The position numbers and the translations under genes are program-made. From NCBI GenBank assembly GCA_032654705.1, contig JAULAZ010000003.1, positions 2,695,571-2,759,570 of the forward strand: a DNA stretch of 64,000 nucleotides, in the 5' to 3' direction. Origin of the DNA: Chitinophagaceae bacterium. Its GTDB lineage: Bacteria; Bacteroidota; Bacteroidia; Chitinophagales; Chitinophagaceae. Positions 45,859 through 54,371 of this stretch are shown one piece after another. Within the stretch, counting starts at the first letter, position 1. Each line of letters starts with the position of its first letter. The notes under the pieces were generated by a model that was not told the origin of the DNA, did no database searches, and saw nothing but the letters and a program-made list of their open reading frames with translations.

Positions 45859-46027
45859 ATTCGTTTAGCTTTTAGCTATTATCCGCCAGTTGGCGGACGT
45901 AGCTTTTTATTTTATTAGTCAACTTCCTGTTCTTTGATCGTCGTCTCTTGTGACGCTCCGTTCATCTTTCTGTTCTTTGCTCATCAACCCACCCCATTTT
46001 CTCACAGTATTAATTTTCCTTATCTCG

Positions 46028-46052
46028 CCCCTCCCAGGAGGGGATGAATCCC
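46028..46052. repeat. GC-rich hairpin repeat, subfamily copy F
   Basis: cccctcccaggaggggatgaatccc. It lies in the actB|actC spacer, on the same strand and in the same order as 38576-38597. Confidence 0.6.
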
Positions 46053-46106
46053 GAATTAATTTTCTTTTCTCTCACTTTCTCATTCCTCATTTCTTATTCC
46101 TTATTT

Positions 46107-49100
46107 CTAATGCGTTTCTTCTGGTTTTGTTGCTGCCGGCATAGTTGCCTCTGCTTCTTTTGCACCACCATTTTTACTTTCTATCACTTCATCAGTATTT
46201 CTCACTTTGGCCAGGTAAGTGATATTGGGCAGCACATGCAATTGCTCCAACACATAAAAACCACGTTGCTTATTTTCTTCACGAACTTTATTCACTGAAC
46301 TTTCTTTATCGTGAGCATTGCCAAACACAATTGCGTTAGTCGGGCAGGCTGTCTGGCAAGCTGTTTTCACATCATCACCGCCCAGCACCCGGTTTTCTTT
46401 CTTGGCGTCCAGTTTGGCAGCCTGTAGTTTTTGAACACAGAATGTACACTTCTCCATTACACCACGGCTGCGAACAGTTACATCAGGGTTTAATACCATC
46501 CTGGTCAAATCATCATTCATCTGTTCAATCACACTATCTAATTTTCCTACTAATTGCTGATCCCTGTTGTTCGGGAAACTGTCTGCTCCTGTATAATCAG
46601 CCCAGTTGAAACGGCGAACTTTAAACGGACAGTTTTGTGCGCAATATCTTGTACCGATACAACGATTATAGGCCATCTGGTTGATACCTTCGGTACTGTG
46701 ATTGGTGGCAGCAACCGGACAAACATTTTCGCAGGGTGCATTATCACAATGCTGGCAAAGCATCGGCTGAAATACAACTCCCTTCAGGCTGTCCGGATTA
46801 TTTTCATCAGAAATAAAATAGCGGTCAATACGAAGCCAGTGCATATCGTGATAACGAAGCACTTCTCTTTTACCAACTACCGGAACATTGTTTTCAGCAT
46901 GACAGGATACTACGCAGGCATTACAACCCGTGCAGCTGTTCATATCAATACTCATTCCCCACTTGATCTCGTGGCTGCGGGTATTTGGATCGGGATATAA
47001 AGTGGCATTAGTACGAAAATCATTGTTGGATTTCTCAAAATATTCATCTGCCAGCTCTTTGCGATATTCCGGAATAACGTCTGGTTCTTTTTTGAAAGTA
47101 GCCAGCGTTGTTTCTCTTACTACTTCCAAACGGCCTTCGTAAGAATTATGTTTTTGAGTTTGTGCAAGCTTATATTTCTTATGCAGATTCGTTGTTGTTA
47201 CGCCGGCCACATGGTAATCAACCGTTGTTCCATTAAAAGATGTCCAGGCGTAAGCATTTTTGCCAACACCGGCTGCTGTCACACCGATACCTTCACTTCT
47301 TCCATAACCAACTGCCACGGCAATGGTATCGGCATTCATTCCCGGAATAACAAGAACAGGTAATTCAACTTTATTCTTACCGATCGTTAATTCAATTACC
47401 GGTTTTTCGGGGTAATACTCATAATCGTTATTCAGTTCAATCCCCAATTCTTTGGCCTTTGCCATAGAAATTAATGCATAGTTGTCCCAAGTGGCTTTTG
47501 AAACCGGATCAGGCAATTCCTGTAACCAGGGATTGCCAGCTTGCGAACCAGTACCAATAGAAACTTTTTGATAAAGCACTATTTCCGTACCCGTTTCTTT
47601 TTTATAGGAAGCAATTGCTGATGAGGCTTCTGCTACCGGCCCGACAGTATACGAACCTGCTGAAGCTGCAGCCGGAGTTTCTTCTTTTATTCCATCCCGC
47701 AATACCTTATTATAATCAGCACCAAGCAGGCCGTTCCAGTATGTTTTAAAATAATCTTCGTAGTCTGTATTAACACCACCTGCCTGTCCGGTAGGCTGGC
47801 TCCATTTTAATAATGAAGTTTGATAAGAACGGGTTTTAAATAATGGATTGATAGTTGGCTGAAGAAAACTGGTTACTCCGCTTTTTGGTTCAGCATCTCC
47901 CCAGCTTTCCAGGTAATGATGTGTGGGAATAAGGTATTCGCAGAGTTCAGTGGTTTCATCCATTTTTCCACTGAACGAAACAGACAGTTTTACTTTTTTT
48001 AATGCCGCTTTAAATCTGTCAGCATTATAATATGTATAAGCGGGGTTAGCATCATAAATCATTAATGTGCCAACAGTTCCTGCTTCCATTTCAGCTATCA
48101 GTTCTTCAATACTGTTGGCGCCGCTGTCAACTCCCTGGCGATAGTTTATTGTGGTACCCCAGTCAATGGTTTTACCAAAAGCACCGATGACATTATTAAT
48201 TGCATTAACAACAACCTGAACATTCTTATCGTTACTTCCGCAAACAACTAATGCAGTGCCAATATTTGCTTTTAAATCTGCTGCAACTTTTTTAATAGCT
48301 GCTTCCAGTTTTGCATCGCTGATGGTTGTTGTTCCTTCCACTCCATTAACTGCATTTAATAAATCCAGTGCTACAGTGCCGGTTTCCGAAAAACGATGTG
48401 TAAATCTTTCATCCGCATTGCTTCCAGTCAGGCTCAGTTGACTTTCAAACTGGTAATGCTTGCTCATGGAAGGATTCTTTTCATCAATCTTTCTTCCTTT
48501 TGAATATCCTCTGGCAAATTCAACCGGGCTGAGCCAGGTACCGAGGAAATCAGCGCCAAGGCTTACAATTACTTTTGCTGCATCAAATTTATATGAAGGA
48601 AGTTTCCTCCCAAACCCGCAGGCTTCATTTGCCAGCAACATACCGCTATAAGAAACGGCATCATATTGAACATGTTTTAGATTGGAAAACTCAGCAATAA
48701 TTTTTTTAGTGGTTGGGGAAACAATTGTTGAACTTAGTAATACCACAGAGCCACCGGCAGCTTTCATCGCATCGCTTACCATCTTATCAAACTGCTCAAA
48801 GGAAGGAACTTCTTCAAATTTATCCTTCACTTTATGTTGAGGGAACTTCAGGCGATACATATCATACAGGTCAAGCACCGAGGCCTGAGCTCTTGCTGAA
48901 GTGCCACCGGCAGCATATAAACTGCCCTCTAATTTATTTTCATCAATTTTAATAGGACGGCCATCTCTTACTTTAGCCACTACCGGTACCACATCTCCAT
49001 CCTGAACATAAGTGGTGGCATAATATTTTGCTACTCCCGGGGTAATGTTTTCCGGTTTGTTGGCATAGGGAATAATATTTCTTACCGGTACTTTACAACT

Positions 49101-49298
49101 GGCAGCCAGCGTAGCGGCGGCGGTACTGAAACCAAGGTACTTTAAGAAATCACGACGAGGAGCTTTGGCATCAATCAGCCCTTTATCATCAAACCCTTCA
49201 AAAGGCAATTCCTCCTGAAATTCATCCAGCGACCTGTTTTTGAAATTCTCCGGGTCGTTCACTTCGCCGAAACTTTGCCAATATTTTTTTTCGCTCAT
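46107..49298 (-). CDS. actB: ACIII subunit ActB (molybdopterin-oxidoreductase-like domain fused to a 4Fe-4S cluster domain)
   Basis: It has a Tat-like RRDFLKYLGFSTAAATLAA and ferredoxin-type Cys clusters (CTGCNACVVSC, CQHCDNAPCENVCP, CIGTRYCAQNCP, ACQTACP). I used the ATG at 49298; the track TTG is at 49307. Confidence 0.9.
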   Translation of the reverse strand: MSEKKYWQSFGEVNDPENFKNRSLDEFQEELPFEGFDDKGLIDAKAPRRDFLKYLGFSTAAATLAASCKVPVRNIIPYANKPENITPGVAKYYATTYVQDGDVVPVVAKVRDGRPIKIDENKLEGSLYAAGGTSARAQASVLDLYDMYRLKFPQHKVKDKFEEVPSFEQFDKMVSDAMKAAGGSVVLLSSTIVSPTTKKIIAEFSNLKHVQYDAVSYSGMLLANEACGFGRKLPSYKFDAAKVIVSLGADFLGTWLSPVEFARGYSKGRKIDEKNPSMSKHYQFESQLSLTGSNADERFTHRFSETGTVALDLLNAVNGVEGTTTISDAKLEAAIKKVAADLKANIGTALVVCGSNDKNVQVVVNAINNVIGAFGKTIDWGTTINYRQGVDSGANSIEELIAEMEAGTVGTLMIYDANPAYTYYNADRFKAALKKVKLSVSFSGKMDETTELCEYLIPTHHYLESWGDAEPKSGVTSFLQPTINPLFKTRSYQTSLLKWSQPTGQAGGVNTDYEDYFKTYWNGLLGADYNKVLRDGIKEETPAAASAGSYTVGPVAEASSAIASYKKETGTEIVLYQKVSIGTGSQAGNPWLQELPDPVSKATWDNYALISMAKAKELGIELNNDYEYYPEKPVIELTIGKNKVELPVLVIPGMNADTIAVAVGYGRSEGIGVTAAGVGKNAYAWTSFNGTTVDYHVAGVTTTNLHKKYKLAQTQKHNSYEGRLEVVRETTLATFKKEPDVIPEYRKELADEYFEKSNNDFRTNATLYPDPNTRSHEIKWGMSIDMNSCTGCNACVVSCHAENNVPVVGKREVLRYHDMHWLRIDRYFISDENNPDSLKGVVFQPMLCQHCDNAPCENVCPVAATNHSTEGINQMAYNRCIGTRYCAQNCPFKVRRFNWADYTGADSFPNNRDQQLVGKLDSVIEQMNDDLTRMVLNPDVTVRSRGVMEKCTFCVQKLQAAKLDAKKENRVLGGDDVKTACQTACPTNAIVFGNAHDKESSVNKVREENKQRGFYVLEQLHVLPNITYLAKVRNTDEVIESKNGGAKEAEATMPAATKPEETH

Positions 49299-49354
49299 GT
49301 ATATCAATTTGATAATTCGAAAATGTGCTGCTTTGCAGATTAACCGGTATTATA

Positions 49355-50620
49355 TTAATAATGACATTTCTGACATTCCAGTCCACCAATATCTTTTACC
49401 GTCACGCTGTCCATTTTACCTGCCTTAATATCATTATGAAACTTCTCGTAAATACTGTAAAACTTATTGCCCTTTCCTGTACTGTAATCAAAGTCCACTT
49501 TAGTTTGGCGGTGACAGTTTACACACCAGCCCATACTCAGTTCTGCTACCTGCTTTACTTCATCCATCGCTGTTATTTCCCCATGGCAGGTCTGGCATTG
49601 TACTTTGCCCGCCCTGATATGTTGTGAGTGATTGAAATAAACATGATCTGGCAGGTTATGAATTTTGATCCATTCAATTGGTTTGGCTTTTGACGGATCC
49701 CATTTGGCCGGATTTTTAGGATCAAACCCTGAAGCTTTATATAGTTTAGCAATCTCGGCAGTTCCGTTTATTTCATCTCCATTTACATCATAAAGTTTTG
49801 GACCTTTGACATATTCACTGATTGCCTTGTGGCAGTTCATGCAAATATTCTCTGCGGGAACACCGGCTGTTTTACTTTCCCAGGCCGAGCCATGACAGTA
49901 TAAACAGTTGATCTGGTTAATACCAGCATGTATTCTGTGCGAATAATAGATTGGCTGTACAGGCTGATACCCTTTCTGGCGGCCCAGTCCAATAGCTCCT
50001 TTGGTTACTAAATATCCTCCTACGATAAAAAGGAGAATAGAAATCATTGCTATGTAAACTTTATTCTTATAAAAAGGAACGGGCTCCGGACGAACAATTC
50101 CTTCCGCATCGTCACTCATTTTTTTCAACTTGCTGTTAACCTGCATTAATATCAGGGCGATGATGGCAAGAATAAGTGAGATAATTCCAAAGATGATCGT
50201 GTTTTGACTATCCTTCTTAGGCCCCCCGGTATCATTGGTAGTCGTTGTAGTAACTAATGGAGTGCTGGTGTATTTTATAATAGCATCGACTTCGGCATTA
50301 GTGAGAGCTGATTCAGGAAATTCCAACATCGGTGCACCAAATTTTTTCTGCAGCCCCATGTAATATTGATCAGATTTCAGGAGGGAATTTACATTCCTGA
50401 GCCATTTGTAAATTTTGGTAATATCTCCATTATATGGATCTCTGTCCAATACGCCCCGCAGTTTTGGACCCGTTAAATCTTTGTCTAACTGGTGGCAGGC
50501 AGCGCACCTGCTATTAAAGAGGGCTTTACCATCCTGTGCCGAAACATTTACAATAGATAAAACGAAAAGAAAAAGAAATAAAATAGTCAGTTTTTGTCCG
50601 GTTGGCTTACAAGGAATCAT
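49355..50620 (-). CDS. actA: ACIII multiheme cytochrome c subunit ActA with an extra N-terminal heme domain
   Basis: 421 aa with six CxxCH motifs (CAACH, CLYCH, CMNCH, CQTCH, CVNCH, CQKCH) and one central TM helix. Confidence 0.85.
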   Translation of the reverse strand: MIPCKPTGQKLTILFLFLFVLSIVNVSAQDGKALFNSRCAACHQLDKDLTGPKLRGVLDRDPYNGDITKIYKWLRNVNSLLKSDQYYMGLQKKFGAPMLEFPESALTNAEVDAIIKYTSTPLVTTTTTNDTGGPKKDSQNTIIFGIISLILAIIALILMQVNSKLKKMSDDAEGIVRPEPVPFYKNKVYIAMISILLFIVGGYLVTKGAIGLGRQKGYQPVQPIYYSHRIHAGINQINCLYCHGSAWESKTAGVPAENICMNCHKAISEYVKGPKLYDVNGDEINGTAEIAKLYKASGFDPKNPAKWDPSKAKPIEWIKIHNLPDHVYFNHSQHIRAGKVQCQTCHGEITAMDEVKQVAELSMGWCVNCHRQTKVDFDYSTGKGNKFYSIYEKFHNDIKAGKMDSVTVKDIGGLECQKCHY

Positions 50621-50912
50621 AGACGCAATTGATACTGTAAAATGTGGGTAAAATCAGTTAGTTAGGCGCAAAAATAAGGCAGGAACTTAACAAAACACCA
50701 ACAGCTCAAAAAATTTTTTAACCCGCTGCCAGACTGCGTTTCAGAAGATTTATCGGAGTTTTGACAAACAGCGCATACCTGCTAAACTCAAATAGGTTAA
50801 TAAGCTAATCTGGCTGATTTAATATAAAAATGGCTGACGCTGTTGAATGTTTTTTCCTGACTTTTGCGGCTCTTCCCTGTGTCACGGTTTCAAACCTTGA
50901 TGCAGATCAATT

Positions 50913-51842
50913 ATGTTTGAGCAATTACAAAAAAAATGGAACGTCGGAGGCCTGCAAATGGCTCTTATCATTAGCACCTTCGCCATTGGAGGTAGCCTTA
51001 CCGGCTATGCGGGCAAAAAAATCATGAATCTGTTAGGTGTGCAACAAGATTGGTTATGGACGGTCGCTTACATCTTGCTTATTATTATTATCTGGCCACT
51101 GGCAGTGTTGCTTATTAGTATTCCATTGGGTCAGTATTCCTTTTTTATAAGCTATATACGAAAGATTGGCAAAAGAATGGGATTGGTTAGTAGTCGGGAG
51201 TCAGTAGACGGGAGTCCGGAAAATCATACGTCACTATTGACTCCTGACTCACGACTCACGACTAATATTGCCATCTTCGCCTCCGGGACTGGATCGAATG
51301 CTCAAAAGATAATTGATTATTTCAGAAATCATTCTTTTATCAAAGTAGCAATCATTGTCAGTAATAATAAAGAAGCAGGCGTTTTACAAATTGCGGCAAA
51401 AGAAAATATCCCTGCCCTGATTATTGAAAAAGAAAAATTCTTCAGCACCGATGTCTATATAAAGGAATTAAAAGAAAAAAAAATCGGTTTAATCGTACTG
51501 GCCGGTTTTCTCTGGAAGGTTCCTGCTATATTAATAAAAGAGTTTCCCGGATATATCATCAATATACACCCTGCTTTGTTACCCAAATTCGGCGGCAGGG
51601 GAATGTATGGACAGGCAGTACATGAAGCGGTAATTACAGGCAAAGAAAAAGAAAGCGGCATTAGCATTCATTATGTGGATGAATTATATGATCATGGTAA
51701 AATAATCTTTCAGGCTAAGTGCCCTGTTCTTGAGAATGATACAGCAGTTTCATTGGCGAAGCGTATTCATGCGCTGGAGCATGAGCATTATTCTGCAGTA
51801 ATAGAAAATCTGATAAAGAAACAACAGTCAAATAAGCCGTAA
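50913..51842 (+). CDS. purN: Phosphoribosylglycinamide formyltransferase (PurN) read in one frame with an upstream small 2-TM membrane-protein module
   Basis: The PurN domain runs from about 51264 (NIAIFASGTGSNAQ, NIHPALLP, HYVDELYDHG). The N-terminal ~90 aa look like a separate small membrane protein. The two are joined through a palindromic repeat with no in-frame stop. Internal candidate starts are the ATG at 51177 and the TTG at 51237. Confidence 0.75.
   Translation: MFEQLQKKWNVGGLQMALIISTFAIGGSLTGYAGKKIMNLLGVQQDWLWTVAYILLIIIIWPLAVLLISIPLGQYSFFISYIRKIGKRMGLVSSRESVDGSPENHTSLLTPDSRLTTNIAIFASGTGSNAQKIIDYFRNHSFIKVAIIVSNNKEAGVLQIAAKENIPALIIEKEKFFSTDVYIKELKEKKIGLIVLAGFLWKVPAILIKEFPGYIINIHPALLPKFGGRGMYGQAVHEAVITGKEKESGISIHYVDELYDHGKIIFQAKCPVLENDTAVSLAKRIHALEHEHYSAVIENLIKKQQSNKP
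51188..51264. repeat. Imperfect palindromic element (agtcgggagtcagtagacgggagtc ... gactcctgactcacgactcacgact)
   Basis: The two ~26-nt arms are approximate reverse complements around a 22-nt loop. The element is translated as SSRESVDGSPENHTSLLTPDSRLTT in the fused ORF. Confidence 0.55.
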
Positions 51843-51916
51843 AGGTCATTAAGAGTTAATTATTTGCCCCCATTTGACGAATATGACCTGCTAACCAACT
51901 GACTTTATACTTCCTT

Positions 51917-52717
51917 TTGCATTTTCTTTTGTTACTTGCCGGCAATAAAATTATTTTGCAAAAGCAATTTTTCAATATATCAATTCTTATTGTTACCAGT
52001 TTACTTTTTACCGGCATTTCAGCCCGGGCACAATCCTTTAAGATAAGAGGCACGGTATATGACAGCAGCCGCAATTACCCGATGGTAGCAGTAAGTGTGT
52101 TAAGTACTTCCGGCAAAGGAACCATGACCAATGGCGAAGGACATTATGAAATTGAAGTGGAAGAAAAAGATTCCATTTGGTTCAGTTACCTGAATAAGCC
52201 GACAAAAAAATTTCCAGTGCTGAAAATCATCACCCCTTTTGAATTTGATATTTCGCTACAGGTAAATGTGGCAGTGCTGAAAGAAGTGAAAATAAGGCCA
52301 AAGAATTATAAACTTGATTCCCTTCGAAACAGGAGTGATTATGCCAAAATCTTTAATTACCAAAAGCCAAAACTATCTCCAACCATTAATGGAATGGGCG
52401 TTGGATTTGACCTGGATGAAATCATCAATATGTTCCGTTTCCGGCGAAACAGGAGTATGGCTGCATTCCGGCAAAGATTATTGCTGGAAGAACAGGAAAA
52501 ATTTGTTGATCACCGTTTCAACAAGGCATTAGTTCGCCGCCTCACCCTGCTTGACGGGAATGAACTGGACAGTTTCATGCGGGTGTTCCGGCCTTCCTAT
52601 ATATTTACACAACTATCCGGGGATTACGAGTTTCAGCAATACATAAAAACTTCACTTTACCGTTTCAAAAGAGGATTGCCCCCGCAACCGATGCTGAAAG
52701 AAGATGAGAAAGAATAA
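51917..52717 (+). CDS. CarboxypepD_reg-like domain protein (hypothetical, secreted)
   Basis: A signal-like segment is followed by IRGTVYDSSRNYPMVAVSVLSTSGKGTMTNGEGHYEIEV, the typical carboxypeptidase-regulatory-like beta-sandwich signature. The start is TTG. Confidence 0.55.
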   Translation: MHFLLLLAGNKIILQKQFFNISILIVTSLLFTGISARAQSFKIRGTVYDSSRNYPMVAVSVLSTSGKGTMTNGEGHYEIEVEEKDSIWFSYLNKPTKKFPVLKIITPFEFDISLQVNVAVLKEVKIRPKNYKLDSLRNRSDYAKIFNYQKPKLSPTINGMGVGFDLDEIINMFRFRRNRSMAAFRQRLLLEEQEKFVDHRFNKALVRRLTLLDGNELDSFMRVFRPSYIFTQLSGDYEFQQYIKTSLYRFKRGLPPQPMLKEDEKE

Positions 52718-52845
52718 CTCTTCTATGTAATTTTGCAACGTCAATCCGAAAAAGAAAAGTAAATTACTTTTCTTAATTCCATTATTCATCTATTCCCTGC
52801 GAAATAAAAACATTCATTCCTGTTTTTCACAGCTAAACGTTATGT

Positions 52846-54369
52846 ATGAAAAAAAATCTTATCATCCTGCTTTTTGTTTTTACACAAACAGGATTTGCTC
52901 AAAACGATTCGGTTCCATCATTTGTAAAAGACAGCCTTGACTCTTATGTAAACAGGGCCTTATCCGACTGGCAGATTCCCGGGGCTTCTGTTTGCATTGT
53001 AAAAAATGGAAAAGTTGTCATGATGAAAGGCTATGGTGTAAAAGAAACAGGAACGGATGACAAAGTGGATGAAAACACATTATTCATGATCGGCAGCAAC
53101 AGCAAGGCCTTTACTGCAACAGCTTTAGCTATGCTTGATGCAGAAAAGAAATTAAGCCTTGATGATAAAGTACAAAAATGGTTGCCGGATTTTAAGCTAT
53201 ATGATCCATGGGTGGCTAAAGAAGCTCTTATAAGAGATTTGCTTTGTCATCGCCTTGGCTTTGAAACTTTCCAGGGAGATTTTATGTACTTCGATTCAGA
53301 TTTAACTACAGCTGAAGTAAGGGAAAAGATGGGAAAGCTGAAGCCCCTGTATAGCTTTCGCAGCAAGTGGGGATATACCAACTGCGCTTTTATGACTGCC
53401 GGCGAAATTATTCCGAAAGTAACGGGAAAGAGTTGGGCTGATTTTGTAACGGAAAGAATTTTCAAACCGCTTGGTATGAATAATACGTTGGCATTGTCAA
53501 AAGACATAAAAGCTGCTGGCAACAAATGTTCGGCACACACGGTAGTCATGGGTGAGTTGAAAAAAATTCCTTACGGAAATATTGACAACCTTGCCCCGGC
53601 CGGCAGTATTTCGTCAAGTGCAAACGATATGGGTAAATGGGTGATGATGCTGCTAAACAATGGAAAGCTGGACGGGAAACAAATAATTCCTGCCGCTGCC
53701 ATTGCACAAACCAGAATGCCACAATCTATATTAGGCAATGGCGGACACATGTTCAATAAATCACATTTCAGCTTATATGGTCTTGGCTGGTTTTTAGAAG
53801 AATATGCCGGAAGAAAAATAGTAGCACACACCGGCGGTGTAAATGGATTTGTGACCAGCGTATGTTTGATTCCCGAAGAAAAATTGGGCATCATTGTATT
53901 AACCAACACCGATGCCAATAATTTTTACGAAGCGCTGCGCAATGAAATTGAAGATGCTTATCTCGGGTTGCCTTATCGCAATTACAGTAAAATTTATCTC
54001 AGTTTCCAACAGGCTGATGAGAAAGAAAAAGAAAATCAATGGAAGGCCACGAGGGATACTGTTGCCATGATTCCAAAAACATATTTACCACTTTCATCTT
54101 ATGCGGGAGAATATATGCATGAGGTATATGGTAAAATGAATATAAAGATTGAAGAAGGCAAGCTTATCATGCGGTTTGAACATCACAAAGGAAGATATGG
54201 CCTGCTGGAGCCTTTGGGAGGTAATCGTTTCTTCTGTACTTACAACGACCCGCTATATGGAATGAAAAAATTAGAATTTACTGTCGCTGACAAAAAAGTA
54301 AAATCATTAACTGTTAAAGTGGCCGACTTTGTTGAGTTTACTCCGTATCAATTTATAAAAACAAAATAA
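52846..54369 (+). CDS. Secreted serine hydrolase of the beta-lactamase / PBP (class C-like) family
   Basis: Signal peptide ending in FAQ. It has the SxxK motif in IGSNSKAFTA, a YTN-like YxN motif (WGYTNCAF) and HTGG in place of KTG. Confidence 0.85.
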   Translation: MKKNLIILLFVFTQTGFAQNDSVPSFVKDSLDSYVNRALSDWQIPGASVCIVKNGKVVMMKGYGVKETGTDDKVDENTLFMIGSNSKAFTATALAMLDAEKKLSLDDKVQKWLPDFKLYDPWVAKEALIRDLLCHRLGFETFQGDFMYFDSDLTTAEVREKMGKLKPLYSFRSKWGYTNCAFMTAGEIIPKVTGKSWADFVTERIFKPLGMNNTLALSKDIKAAGNKCSAHTVVMGELKKIPYGNIDNLAPAGSISSSANDMGKWVMMLLNNGKLDGKQIIPAAAIAQTRMPQSILGNGGHMFNKSHFSLYGLGWFLEEYAGRKIVAHTGGVNGFVTSVCLIPEEKLGIIVLTNTDANNFYEALRNEIEDAYLGLPYRNYSKIYLSFQQADEKEKENQWKATRDTVAMIPKTYLPLSSYAGEYMHEVYGKMNIKIEEGKLIMRFEHHKGRYGLLEPLGGNRFFCTYNDPLYGMKKLEFTVADKKVKSLTVKVADFVEFTPYQFIKTK

Positions 54370-54371
54370 CG

